Source: an uncultured Spirochaetota bacterium
GTDB lineage: Bacteria; Spirochaetota; Spirochaetia; SZUA-6; Fen-1364
NCBI GenBank assembly: GCA_963734545.1
Contig: CAVTHO010000004.1
Location: 480,001 to 544,000 of the forward strand
DNA: 64,000 bases
Direction of reading: 5' to 3'
Both the position numbers and the translations under genes were made by a program. Within the stretch, counting starts at the first letter, position 1. Each line of letters starts with the position of its first letter. The notes beneath the pieces were generated by a model that was not told the DNA's origin, made no database searches, and saw only the letters and a list, made by a program, of their open reading frames with translations. Shown here piece after piece: positions 31,445 to 42,576 of the stretch.

Positions 31445-31779
31445 GAGTGGCTCTTTGTCCATAGCATAGTCCGATCGTGCCGGAATTACGCGCTCAATTC
31501 TGTGCCGCGAGCTCAGGACTATGCCCGCGTCGGCTTCAGCGGGCGACCGGAAGGCCAAACGCCGTGCCTGCTGTCGCGGCTGCACGATCCTGCACAATCC
31601 AAAGTCGCTGTGAGGAAAGAGGATCACGTCCCCCTCCTCGAGGCGCGCATGCCGAGCCTGGCGTCAGGTCGAGAAACATGGATCACCGCATTGCCCAAGG
31701 ATCCTGTTGGGCCGGGAGCCGCGCCGCCAGTCCCCGCACCGCTGAACGCGATCCGATCCGATTCCTCAGTCCAATGCGT

Positions 31780-31795
31780 GTCGAATATATTCGAC
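31780..31795. promoter_or_regulatory. Perfect 16-bp palindrome upstream of the lipoprotein gene
   Basis: GTCGAATATATTCGAC, just upstream of TTGAGA...TATAGA. Confidence 0.45.
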
Positions 31796-31975
31796 TCCGT
31801 TTGAGACGCCTTCTGAACGATAACTATAGAGGGGACGACAGTCGTCGCAACGCAATGCGTCCTCATAAGCGCAAGCGGTCAACGACCGTCGCGCACAAAC
31901 GGCAGGAGGAACGAAGTCATCCTGAACTGCGAAACACACAGCCGCGTCCTGGTCGGGTTTCACGCAATCACCCTC

Positions 31976-33541
31976 GTGTCGATCTTTCTCCTGTTGGCGG
32001 GATGCACCACGGTTTCACCTCGCGGTTCGCCGGTGGGCGGCCCGGCACCTGCGGTCCGCGCCCTGGACGTGAGCGATCCCGAGGTGCGAGAGACGCCTGA
32101 CCCGGTGGATGACGCCGAAGTATCCAAAGCGCAGACCGCGCTCCGCGACGCCAAAGCATGGGGGGCTGAATACTACGAGCCCCGGATGTATGCGGAGGCG
32201 CAGGCCGCCTTTGACGCCGCAATGGCCGCACGTGAGGGCACCCCGGCTCGATGCCGTTCTCTTCTCGCCCAGGCAACGGCGGCCGCGAGCTCAGCTAGGG
32301 AAGCGGCCCTTGCGGCTTACCAAGAGGACGTGAAGGGCCGGTTCGAGGTATCGCGCGCGAAGCTTGTGGAAATTCGAGCCAACCGAGCCTTCCCGGATGA
32401 GTTCACCCGGCTCGTCTCGGGCATTGATGCTACCGCCGGTCTGTTTGCTGCCAGGTCCTACTGGGACGCCCGGCTCCAGGCCTATCACACGCTCAAGGGT
32501 ATGGGAGTCCTCATTGAAAGAGTGGTGAGCCTCCAGCGCTGGCTGAGGGACGAGCAGATCCGCGTGGCGAGCGACATCAGCGCTGCTCGGGCGCTCGACG
32601 CGCCGGTGTGGGCGCCCACGGAGATGAAGAATGCCGAACAGAAGTATCACGATGCACTGACACAGATGCAGGCCGACGATTTGGAAGCAGCGGTCGACTC
32701 AATGAAGGCCGCAGGTCTGATCGCCGTCAGGCTGCCCCTGCTCCGGGACCGGATGGACAAACACGAGGCGGGCGTGCCACTGGCAGACGGGCCAGTTGCT
32801 CCAAGGCACGACAACGAGGTGCAGGGTCCCAATCCCGGGGCTCAGCCCCCGTCTGCCGGTCGTCTCCTCGCTGGCCAGCGCGTCCGTATCGCGGAGATGA
32901 GCCTGAGCTCCCTGGGGGCTCCGCAGAGACTGTACTCCACGTTTTCGGCCGCGGCTGCTCGTTTCGATCTTGTGGCCGCTGAGGGTCTGAGGGACGCGGG
33001 AATCATGGAGAAGGTACTTGCCGGGCTGGATGACAGTTGGGAAGCTGCCGTGAGCAGAAGCGGCTACTTCGGTTTCATTTACAGCGACAGGATTCAAATG
33101 GTCAAGGAGTTGGGCGCCTACTCTGGAAAAGGCGAGTTTCTCCATGCTCCCTATGCGGCACAATTCAGGCTGGTGGGAACACGCTTTCGCGTGAACCTTG
33201 TCCTCTGCCACGTCGAATCCAACAGGGACCGCAAGACCAAAGCGGCCGAGATTGCCCTTCTGGCGGATGTCCATCGCTACTTTGAGAATCTGACCGGTAA
33301 CCGGGGAATCACGCTCCTCCTCGCCGGAGGGCTCGGTGATCTGCCAGCACAGGCTTCTGAGTCCCTGATACCTCAAGGGGAAATGGTCCCACTGCGCGCG
33401 AACCTCACGGCTGCAGAAGGCCTCCGCGACCACGGGCAGCGAATGTTTGCCAGCGCGCCGCTTCGGTTGCTGATCGAGAAGTCAGGGTTTGGCGCATCGA
33501 CCCCACCCGTTGCCTATGTCACTCTGGGGGCAGGCAAGTAG
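31976..33541 (+). CDS. Lipoprotein with helical repeats and a degenerate endonuclease/exonuclease/phosphatase (DNase I-like) domain
   Basis: Lipobox LLAGC; two DUF4398-like helical units; RFDLVAAEGLRD...YFGFIY...APYAAQF...LVLCHV...AEIALL. The true start may be upstream at 31919. Confidence 0.65.
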   Translation: MSIFLLLAGCTTVSPRGSPVGGPAPAVRALDVSDPEVRETPDPVDDAEVSKAQTALRDAKAWGAEYYEPRMYAEAQAAFDAAMAAREGTPARCRSLLAQATAAASSAREAALAAYQEDVKGRFEVSRAKLVEIRANRAFPDEFTRLVSGIDATAGLFAARSYWDARLQAYHTLKGMGVLIERVVSLQRWLRDEQIRVASDISAARALDAPVWAPTEMKNAEQKYHDALTQMQADDLEAAVDSMKAAGLIAVRLPLLRDRMDKHEAGVPLADGPVAPRHDNEVQGPNPGAQPPSAGRLLAGQRVRIAEMSLSSLGAPQRLYSTFSAAAARFDLVAAEGLRDAGIMEKVLAGLDDSWEAAVSRSGYFGFIYSDRIQMVKELGAYSGKGEFLHAPYAAQFRLVGTRFRVNLVLCHVESNRDRKTKAAEIALLADVHRYFENLTGNRGITLLLAGGLGDLPAQASESLIPQGEMVPLRANLTAAEGLRDHGQRMFASAPLRLLIEKSGFGASTPPVAYVTLGAGK

Positions 33542-33547
33542 GTCTTG

Positions 33548-35533
33548 TCAAGCGATGCGTGTCACCCTCTCGAACACCGGTATCCGCTCGATCGGCGCGG
33601 CGCATTCGACGGTCTGGCCGCCTTCCAGGAGTGAGCCGTCGTACAGGTTCTTCCAGCGACCGTCCGGCAGATAGACCATTCTCGATCGCAGGGAGGGCGC
33701 GAGGACCGGAGCGACAAGCAGGTCGCAGAAAAGGAACTCGTCTTCCACGGCCCATGCTTTCGGGTCCTCCGGGTAGTCGAAAAAAAGCGGCCGCATCGGC
33801 GGAACGCCCGTCTCGTGGGCGGAACGCATGGCCTCCACAATCCGAGGCCGCAGGCTCTCTCGCAGCTCGATGTGCTTCGCGCAGATCTCGTAGATCTCCT
33901 CGCCGTAGCTCCATATCTCGTTCGGGGCGCCGGAGCGGCAGGGAGCGCCACCGGTGGTGCCGACCTGGGGCTGCCGGGGCTCGCGGTCTCCGTGCAGGCG
34001 CATGACCGGACAGAAGGTCCCATACTCGAACCACCGTGCGAAAAGCTCGCGGAACCCGGGGTCATTCGGGTCACCGCCGTGAAAACCGCCGATGTCGGTC
34101 GTCCACCACGGGATGCCCGCAACGCCCATGTTCAGCCCCGCCGCGAGCTGGTTGCGCAAGCTCTTCCAGCTCGAGTGGATGTCCCCCGACCAGACCAGGG
34201 CGCCGTAGCGCTGGCTGCCGGCCCAGGAGCATCGGACCAGGTTGATGATTTTTTCCTGCCCCGCCGCCGACATGCCTTCATAGAAGGCCCTCGCATACAT
34301 GAAGGGATAGATGTTCCCGACGGCGAGGTCCGAGCCGAGGTGATACCGGTAATTGTCGAAGTCATACGCCGTGTATTCGGGCTCGGCCTCGTCCAGCCAG
34401 AACACACGGATACCCTTGTCATAGTAGTTTTTCTTGACCTTGGCCCAGACGTATTCGCGCGCCGCGGCCTTGGTGGCGTCGAAGTGGAGCGTGTTGCCCT
34501 GGAAGTCCATCGAAACGCGTATGCCGCGCTCCGTGCGGATGAGATGGCCGAGATCGCGCATCTCCGCGAAGTTCTCGCTGCGGTAGTCCACGGTCGGCCA
34601 GATGGAGACCATCAGCTCGATTCCCATTGCCTTGAGCTCCGCGATCATGGCTTCGGGATCCGGCCAGTAGGTCGGATCGAAGCGCCAATCTCCCTGGGTG
34701 GGCCAATGGAAGAAGTCGACGACGATGACGGACAGCGGCACACCCCGGCGCCTGTACTCCCGCGCGACCCCGAGCAGCTCCTCCTGGGTCTGGTAGCGCA
34801 GCTTGCACTGCCAGAATCCCATGGCGAAGTCCGGCATCATGGGCACCCTTCCGGTCACGCCTGTGTAGCGCTCCAGGATGTCCCGCGGACGGTCGGCGGC
34901 CACCACCCAATAGTCGAGGGCCTTGCTCGAGGATGAACGCCAGACCGTGCCGTTCTTGGCGAAGGTGGCCCGGCCGATCGAGGGATTGTTCCAGAGGAAG
35001 CCGTAGCCGAGGCTCGACAGGCAGAAAGGAACGCTCGCCTGTGAGTTGCGGTGCGCGAGCTCGAGCTCGGTGCCCTTCAGATCGAGGTACGGCTGCTGGT
35101 ACTGCCCCATGCCGTAGATCCGCTCGTCGGCGGAGAGCGACTCGAATCGGGCCGTAAGTTCGTAGTCGCCGCCAATGATGGGGCGGAACTCGCGCGCCTC
35201 CAGATCCAGGGCCGAGCAGTCTTCGGACAGCACGTCCTTGCGGTTGCGCAGGGACTCCGTGAGGATCGGCTGCCCGCGCGCACCGAAGAAGGTGAGCTTC
35301 CCCGACCGGGCGATCTCGGCCCTGATCGCCCCGTTGGAGATCGAGGCCCGCCCCTCGGCGATCTCGATCCGGGCCCGAGCCGGCCGCGGAACAAGGGCCC
35401 AGTCCTCCTCGGGCATGGCGGGCCCTTTCGTGGCCCGCACCCGCAGCGCGTCCGGCCCCCAGGCCTCGATCCAAAGCAGCTCATGATCCTCTTCCCGCGT
35501 GAGCCTGTCCCCGATCCTGACAAGAATCGCCAT
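33548..35533 (-). CDS. Glycoside hydrolase family 31 (alpha-xylosidase-like)
   Basis: GFWQCKLRY, VDFFHW, FWLDEAEPE, WSGDI, WTTDIGGF, MRLHG. Confidence 0.93.
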   Translation of the reverse strand: MAILVRIGDRLTREEDHELLWIEAWGPDALRVRATKGPAMPEEDWALVPRPARARIEIAEGRASISNGAIRAEIARSGKLTFFGARGQPILTESLRNRKDVLSEDCSALDLEAREFRPIIGGDYELTARFESLSADERIYGMGQYQQPYLDLKGTELELAHRNSQASVPFCLSSLGYGFLWNNPSIGRATFAKNGTVWRSSSSKALDYWVVAADRPRDILERYTGVTGRVPMMPDFAMGFWQCKLRYQTQEELLGVAREYRRRGVPLSVIVVDFFHWPTQGDWRFDPTYWPDPEAMIAELKAMGIELMVSIWPTVDYRSENFAEMRDLGHLIRTERGIRVSMDFQGNTLHFDATKAAAREYVWAKVKKNYYDKGIRVFWLDEAEPEYTAYDFDNYRYHLGSDLAVGNIYPFMYARAFYEGMSAAGQEKIINLVRCSWAGSQRYGALVWSGDIHSSWKSLRNQLAAGLNMGVAGIPWWTTDIGGFHGGDPNDPGFRELFARWFEYGTFCPVMRLHGDREPRQPQVGTTGGAPCRSGAPNEIWSYGEEIYEICAKHIELRESLRPRIVEAMRSAHETGVPPMRPLFFDYPEDPKAWAVEDEFLFCDLLVAPVLAPSLRSRMVYLPDGRWKNLYDGSLLEGGQTVECAAPIERIPVFERVTRIA

Positions 35534-35545
35534 GCTTCCGCTCTC

Positions 35546-36389
35546 CTATCCTTTGACTGCTCCGCTCGTGAGCCCGCTGATGATGTATTTTTGCATGAAA
35601 ACGAAGATGAAGACGACCGGGACGATCGTGACCACGGCGAAGGCGCTCAGATAGCTCCACTTGGTGCCGTACTGCCCCAGGAAATTGAATATTCCCGCCG
35701 TGATCGGACGCATCGCCTGGTCCTGCAGGAAGGTCATGCCATAGGCCAGGTCGCCCCATCCGTAGAGGAACGAGAAGACAGTGCACACGATCACGCCCGG
35801 AGAGGCGATGGGCAGGAAGACGAGGAGAAAGGCTGAGAATCGGTTGCAGCCATCGATGCAGGAGGCGTCCTCGAGCTCCCTGGGGATGGAGGCGAAATAG
35901 CCCATCAGGATCAGGACCGAAAAAGGGACGCCGATCGTCACGTCGGCGAGGATGGCGGAGAACTGGGTGTTGAGCAGGTGGACGTTCTTGAAAATGATGA
36001 ACATCGGGGTAAGCAGCACCGAGACAGGCAGCATCTGCGTCACGAGGAAGCCCAGGATGAATGCCCGCTTGCCCTTGAACTTGAATCGGGCGATGCCGTA
36101 GGAGGCCGGTATGGCGAGCACGAGGGCAATCAGCATGGCGCAGGACGATATCACGAAGCTGTTCTTGAAGGAGCGGAACATGTTGAAGTCCCCATGCTGC
36201 AGCTGCGCGAAATACGAATCCGTGTTCAGCACGTGCGGCAGCAGGGTCGGCGGTATCTGGAAGATTTCGATCTCCTTCTTGAGCGAGGTCACGACCATCC
36301 AGTACAGCGGGAACATGACGACGACAAAGATGATGATCGAGATGGCGCACCAGGCCGACCGACCTCAGTCTCGCGCCGCGCTTCGTCAT
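35546..36389 (-). CDS. Carbohydrate ABC permease (MalG-like); frameshift near the 5' end
   Basis: IPRELEDASCIDG, QKYIISGLTSGAVKG; ATG at 36389 overlaps the upstream stop. Confidence 0.9.
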
Positions 36390-37289
36390 GCGGCCCTCCT
36401 GTCGTCGTACACGTATTTCAGGTAGAAGACGCTCACCGCCAGCAGGATCAGAAAGAGAATATTCGCCGTCGCGGCGCCCTGGCTGTACTTGAAGAGCACG
36501 AAGGAGAGCTTGTAGGAATAGGTGGAGAGCAGGTGGGTCGAGTTGACCGGCCCGCCGTTTGTCATGACGAACACGAGGTCGAATACCTTGAACGTGTAGA
36601 TGAATCCGAGTATCAGCACCGATTCGATTACCGGCTTGAGCATCGGCACGGTGATGAAGAGGAAGGACTGCCGCCTGTTCGCGCCGTCTATGGCCGCGGC
36701 CTCCTTCACGTCGTTCGGGATCGTGGTCAACCCGGTAGAGAGCAGGATCGTATTGAAAGGTATCCCGATCCAGATATTCGCGGCGATCAGGGAGAACATC
36801 GCCGATTGCGGCTGCAGCAGCCACTCTATCGGGTTCTGTGATGATGCCGCAGACCTGGAGGAACTGGTTGATGATGCCGACGTTCGAGCTGAACATGAAC
36901 TTGAACATGAGGGCGGTGACCGTCATCGGGATCATCCACGGCATCATGAGCAGGCCGCGGATGGACTTGGCGAGGGGGAAGCCTGCGTTGAAGAGCAGCG
37001 CGAGCGCGAAGCCGATGGCGAACTGGAAGACGAGGCAGCAGATCGTGAATACGAAGGTGTTCCCCAGGGAGCGCTGGAGCACGCCGTTAGCCAGGAGCGT
37101 CTGGTAGTTGCGCAGGCCGACCAGGGGCTTGCCCAGGGCATTGAGCGTCGTCACCGTGACGTCCTGGATACTGAGGATGAAATTGCTGACAATCGGGTAC
37201 CCGACCAGCAGGAGCATGTACGTGATAGCGGGCAGGACGAAAAGATACCCGATATTCCCGTGCCTGAAAAAGCGCCTGATACGATTCAT
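36386..37289 (-). CDS. Carbohydrate ABC permease (MalF-like); frameshift near 36830
   Basis: N-half in ORF 35481..37289; EAAAIDGA and FKVFDLV in ORF 36386..36799. Confidence 0.9.
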
Positions 37290-37322
37290 ATGCGTCCCCG
37301 CGCGGTCCCGGCCCGCAATGCG

Positions 37323-37358
37323 CGGGAGCGCACGACGCTTCCGCGTTGCGCGCTCCCG
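37323..37358. other. Stem-loop downstream of the solute-binding protein gene
   Basis: CGGGAGCGC...GCGCTCCCG. Confidence 0.55.
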
Positions 37359-37387
37359 TCTCGACGAGAATGACCCAGCGGTCGGCC

Positions 37388-38598
37388 TTACTTCGCGGCG
37401 ACGATGGGGTCGATGGTCTTCTGTGCCTTCGCGGCGGCCGCCTCGGGGGTGGCGATACCCGTGATGGCTTCGTTCATCGCCAGGGACAGGGCGTCGGAGA
37501 TCTCGGGCCAGCGGGGGTGCGGGCCGCGGGGCTTCGCGGAGGCCATCTGCGCGGCGAACACCTTCATGATGGGATCATTGGTGAACTGCGCGGCGGCCAC
37601 GTCCTTGCGCGACGCGATGTAGCCGAAATCGTTGATGTAGGTCTTCATCTCGGCCGGGTTCGCGACGAACTTGAGGAACGCGATGGCCTCGCCCACCTTG
37701 TCACCCTTGACGACGCCGAAGTTCTCGCCGCCGAGGTCGGAGGCCGGTGTCGCGCCGACGGGGAGCTGGACGACGTTCCACTTCAGGTTGGGCGCCTGCT
37801 GGCGCATGGTCGGGACCTGCCAGGGCCGTTGACCATCATCGCAAGGTTCCCGGAGATGAACTGGTTCATGACGTCGCCCTGGGTCCAGTTGATGACTTCC
37901 TTGGGCATGGCTCCGCTCTTCACCAGATCACGGACCAGGGAGAGTGCCCGGATGCCGTTCGCGTTGTTGATCTGGAAGGACGTGTTGCCGCTGCCCCAGA
38001 GGAAGCACAGGAAGCCGAAGGTGCCTTCCTCGTTCTGGACCGAGCTGATGCCGAAGCCGCGGACATTGCCCTTGGTCGTCTTGAGGGCGACGCTCTTCAG
38101 CTCGTCCCAGGTCTTCGGGGGCTTGACCCCGGCGGCCTTCAGCATGTCCTCGTTGTAGTAGAGCGAGAGGCAGTTGCTCCCGAAGGGAATGCCGTAGAGC
38201 CTGCCGTTCAGCCTGCAGGAATTGAGCGGTCCCTCGAAGTACTGCTTGAGGTCGGGCCACGAGGCCAGCTTGTCGGTGATGTCGGCAAAGATGCCCATGG
38301 CGGAATAGGAGGCGTGATCCGGATTGTCGATAATCACGATATCCGGCAGCTCAGAGGCAGCGGCGCCGATGGAAAGCTGCTTCTTGAAGTCCGCGAAGGG
38401 GATGTACTTCGTCACGACCTCGATCGTGCTCTGGGAAGAGTTGAAGTCCTTGCAGACCCTGGCCAGGGTCTCCTGATGCTTCGGCGTCTCCCAGTAGTTC
38501 CAGATCGTTACCGTCTTCTTCGACTGGGCAAAGGCGCCGCTCGTGAGCACCGCGCACATCGCGAAGATCACGAGAGCCAATACGAGGAATCTCTTCAT
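37388..38598 (-). CDS. Sugar ABC substrate-binding protein (CUT1); frameshift near 37815
   Basis: Signal peptide, LYYNEDMLKAAGVKPPKTWDEL, AMMVNGP; C-terminus in ORF 37388..37807. Confidence 0.9.
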
Positions 38599-38734
38599 GC
38601 TGAACCTCCTTGGATTCGAGCGGTGGCTGCGATGAGCCCATGCGCTTGGAAGGCATGGTAGTGGAGGAATTCCAGGGGCACAACGCGAATCTCTTAATAA
38701 AGGTGGACAAGTTTATGCTGACCGAGGCGTATTG

Positions 38735-40279
38735 TCAGCGATTTGCTCTGCGATATTCGGACGGAATGAAGCCGGTCACTTCCTTGAAGACCCTGCAGAA
38801 GTACTTCGCGTCCTGGTAGCCCACCTGCTCCCCGACGGAGCGGAGCTTCAGGTTCGTGCCGATCAGCAGCTCCTTCGCCTTTTGAACGCGATAGTCCCGG
38901 ATATAGGAGCTGAAGGTCACGCCCGTTGCGCGATGGAACTGCGCGCTCAGGTACTCGGGGGTCACGTTGACCTTCAGCGCCACCTCGTTGAGCGAGATAC
39001 CCCGCGCGTACAGCTCGCGGACGAGGTTCTTCGCGCGCCGGACCAGGGACCCATCGCCCTGGGCCTCTCCTTCATCCCGAGGGAAGAGCCCGAGCAGCAT
39101 GTTCCGCGCCTCTTCGAGCTCGGGCCATGTGACGGCAAAGGTGATCCGCTCCAGTATCTTCTGCTGGTCGAGCGAGGCGTAGCTTTCGTACTCGATCTCT
39201 CGGGCGGTCGTGAGCACGCTCCAGACGAACCTGACGAGGGCGCTCTTGATCTCCTTCGGCGCATATACCTTCTCCCCGCGCAGAGAGCGCAGGAACTCGT
39301 CTATCCCCGCCTCGTAGCGCTGGCGGTCGTACGCGCAGAAGGCGGATCGGACCGCGCTCTCGATCGTGACGGGATACGCCAGGGGAAAGACGCTCCTTCG
39401 ATCGACGTCCGGCCAGACGAGCAGGTCCTCGCCGCCCAGGACGATATTCCAGTCCAGGCAGGCCTCCAGCTCCTGCGTCGTGTCCCTGAGACGGGCGATA
39501 TCCGTGAATGAGGCCCATCCGACGCAGATGCCCTTCGGCCTCGCCTCCCTGAGGCGCGGCACGAATGAGCGGGCGAACCAGTCGCGGAGCGCGCCCTCGT
39601 TGTCGATGTTGAGAGCGACCACGACCAGCCTCTTCGCGCCGGCCAGCTCGAGGAGCCGGTGCTCGAAGCCGGGCGCCTTCGCGAGGATCGACTGCGCAAG
39701 CTTCAACAGGCTCTTCACTTCCCTGTCGTCGCTCGATCCCACATGGACGGCAGCGAGCGCGAAGCAGCCCTCGGTGTTGACCCCCCAGTGCTGCGTGAGG
39801 AAAGACCTCAGATCCGCGTCGACGCGGGCTCCGCCGAGGATAAGCGAATACAGCACGCCCTCCAGGGAGAGCCCTTCTTCCTTCTGCTTCGGTTCCCGTT
39901 CGAGTGAGATCTGCTCCTCGACCCGCTTCAGGGCGCGAGTCAGGTCCCCGACCTTGATCGGCTTGAGCAGATACTCGCTGACGCCGAGCTTGATGGCCTG
40001 GCATGCGTAGGAGAACTCCGAATATGCGCTCAGCACGATCGCCTTCACCGTGATCGATTTTTCCTGGAGCTGGTACAGCATCTCCAGACCGTCGAGATCG
40101 GGCATGCGCACGTCTGTGATCACCAGGTCCGGCCGCAGCCTGGCGACGATGCGTATGCCGGCAAGGCCGTCCTCGGCCTCGCCCACGATCTCGTACGAGG
40201 GATCGATCCTGCGGATGAGCCGGGCCAGGCCTTCGCGTATCCTGAGCTCGTCCTCGACGATCGCGATCTTCATCGCCAT
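38735..40279 (-). CDS. YesN-like response regulator (REC + AraC)
   Basis: IVEDE...ITDVRMP...YLLKP; VGYQDAKYFCRVFKEVTG. Confidence 0.95.
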   Translation of the reverse strand: MAMKIAIVEDELRIREGLARLIRRIDPSYEIVGEAEDGLAGIRIVARLRPDLVITDVRMPDLDGLEMLYQLQEKSITVKAIVLSAYSEFSYACQAIKLGVSEYLLKPIKVGDLTRALKRVEEQISLEREPKQKEEGLSLEGVLYSLILGGARVDADLRSFLTQHWGVNTEGCFALAAVHVGSSDDREVKSLLKLAQSILAKAPGFEHRLLELAGAKRLVVVALNIDNEGALRDWFARSFVPRLREARPKGICVGWASFTDIARLRDTTQELEACLDWNIVLGGEDLLVWPDVDRRSVFPLAYPVTIESAVRSAFCAYDRQRYEAGIDEFLRSLRGEKVYAPKEIKSALVRFVWSVLTTAREIEYESYASLDQQKILERITFAVTWPELEEARNMLLGLFPRDEGEAQGDGSLVRRAKNLVRELYARGISLNEVALKVNVTPEYLSAQFHRATGVTFSSYIRDYRVQKAKELLIGTNLKLRSVGEQVGYQDAKYFCRVFKEVTGFIPSEYRRANR

Positions 40280-40291
40280 TCTCCCGGGAAC

Positions 40292-42114
40292 CTACGCGGC
40301 GGGGACGTCGATGCGCACGCGGGTCCCCCCGCCGGGGGCGCCTTCGACCTCCACACGCGTCTCGCTTCCGTAATACATCTTTATGCGGGCGATCGCCGCG
40401 CGCATGCCGACATGGCCCCTCCCGCTGGGCTCAGGGACAGACCCGCTGTCCAGGTCGCGAAGGGCGGTCTCGCTGATGCCCCTCCCGTTGTCCGCGATGA
40501 CGATCCGGATCCTGGCATCCACCCGCGCGATGGAGACGGCCAGCTCGTGCCTGCCCTCGACGCCCCGGAAGCCGTGGAGGATCGCGTTCTCCACGAAGGG
40601 CTGGAAGAGCAGCTTGTGGATGCGGCAGGCGCGGGCCGCGGGATCGAGGTCCAGCGTGAAGTCGAAGGAGCCCTTCACGCGCGTCTGCTGGAGGGAGATG
40701 TAATTCTTCAGCCAGGCCACTTCCTGTTCGATCTCAACGACTCCATTGCTGTTGTCGATGCCGTAGCGGAAAATCTCGGCCAATGTGTTGATCGCGTTGC
40801 TGATCTCGAACTCGTTGCGATCGATCGCCATCCAGTTGATCATATCCAGCGTGTTGTAGAGGAAATGCGGATTGACCTGGGCCTCCAGGGCGGCGATCTC
40901 GGCGTTCCGCTGCTTCGTCGAGGCGTTCTGCACTTCTTCGAGCAGAGCGCCGAGCTTCGCGATCATGAGGTTGAAGTTCGCCGCGATTGTGTCGATCTCC
41001 AGCGGCATCGCCCTGTTGTTCGCGATCCTGGCAGAAAGGTCACCGGCGGCCGCCGCGTTCATGGCGTCCACCACGATGCCGATCGATCGCGTGAGGCGAC
41101 CGGTAGTGAGAAAAATGATCGCAAAGAGCACGGCAACCGAGGACAGGACGACGATGACCGTGATCCGCTGCTGGGCCGATACTTCCTGATACATGACCCC
41201 CTGATTCCGGGCAGCGATGATGCTCCAGCCCGTCTTCGCCTCCTGCAGCTCGTACAGCGACAGCCTCTTGGGGCCTGAGCTGCCGCGCCAGTTACCATCC
41301 GCCTGATCGCATCTCTCCGCTGTGATGGATCGGCGGGAAGATCGAGCCGCTTGCCGACATAGGACTTGTCGGGATACGAGACGACCGTCCCGTCGCCGGA
41401 GAGGATGAAGATCGAGTCTTCCACCGTGCCGCCCGAGGCCGGATCCGGCCGCTCATCGCAAATCTCGCCGAGCATCCTCTCGTCGATGGAGAGGATGACA
41501 ATGCCGTTCTTTATCCAGATATCCTTGTAGTCGATCAGGCGATGCGCCAGGTGAAAGAGGTAGTAGTTCTTCGGCGCATAGAAGGAGGCGAGCTGAGAAG
41601 GAAACACGCACGTCTCGTTCCCCTCGATTACCGACTGGTAGAGCCGGGACGGCTGGCCTCCCGCGATGTCGAGCCAGGAGGTCTTGGTGTTGTAGCCCGT
41701 CAGCAGATCATCGAACACCATCCTCCCGCTGCTGGCGAGAACGACGATCGACTGTACATAGGGCATGGCGTAGGCGTAGGAATGCAGCGCCCGGCGCAGC
41801 TGGCCCGAATTGAACTCGATGTTCTCTCCGTTGTTTACCTTGTTGACCAGTTCGATGATGTGATCGTCCGTGTACATCTGGTGGAGGAGATCCTCGTAGA
41901 AATCCAATTTCGTCCTGATCGTCTTGCGCGTCTGTACGAGATTGATATTCTCGAGGGCGTCGATCTTCTTCTGCAGCTTTCCCGCGATGTTGTAGTAGGA
42001 CACGATCTGAATAACGATCACCGGCATGATCGACAGAATGCAGAAGGAAACGATCAGCCGATATCTGAAGCTTCGCTTCGCAGAGATAAAGCGAAGCAGG
42101 GAAGGCATCCGCAT
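40292..42114 (-). CDS. YesM-like sensor histidine kinase; frameshifts near 41200-41270
   Basis: AQVNPHFLYNTL, QPFVENAILHG, DNGRG; Cache-like N-terminus in ORF 41059..42123; CATAAT 7 nt before ATG 42114. Confidence 0.9.
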
Positions 42115-42156
42115 GGTGTGCATTATGCCTTTTCTCGCGCAAAACGCAAGAAAAAG

Positions 42157-42539
42157 TGTCGTCGGCGGGCTGCGGCCAGGCGGGGCGGCGTCCGTGATCC
42201 CGGTACTCAGGTTACGGACCCCCGGGATGCCCGGCCCGAAACGGACAGATCAGACCACCCGTGACGGCGCCTGCCTCCCGAGGGTACACACAGGTGCAGA
42301 TTGCCGAGACGTGGCAGGTCACTGATCGAACGGTCCGCACCTACCTCAGGTACGCGCCTCGGGAGAGGAAACGGCCGGTGAGGACAAGCAAGGTTGACCC
42401 GCACAAGGCGCTCATCGGCGAAGTGCTGTTCGAGAGGCTGCTGAGGCTTGGCTACACGGGAAAGAAGTCGATCTTGAAACAGTCCGGATTTGTGCATTTG
42501 ATTCGGGCGATGCCCTTCGTGTAATCGCCGCCGGCGGCA
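42157..42539 (+). mobile_element. Internally deleted IS21-family relic (IstA N-terminal fragment)
   Basis: ORF 42261..42524: GYTQVQIAETWQVTDRTVRTYL...RTSKVDPHK...LGYTGKKSILK resembles the IstA HTH. Ends TGTCGTCGGCGG and CCGCCGGCGGCA match 10/12. No target duplication seen. Confidence 0.65.
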
Positions 42540-42576
42540 GGCGGACCTTGCCCAGCCGGGTGGTCAACTCATCGTC

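Noticed and set aside
31780-31795. Palindrome as a Gram-positive LexA box
   Set aside because: CGAA-N4-TTCG is two bases shorter than CGAAC-N4-GTTCG and lacks the inner C/G.
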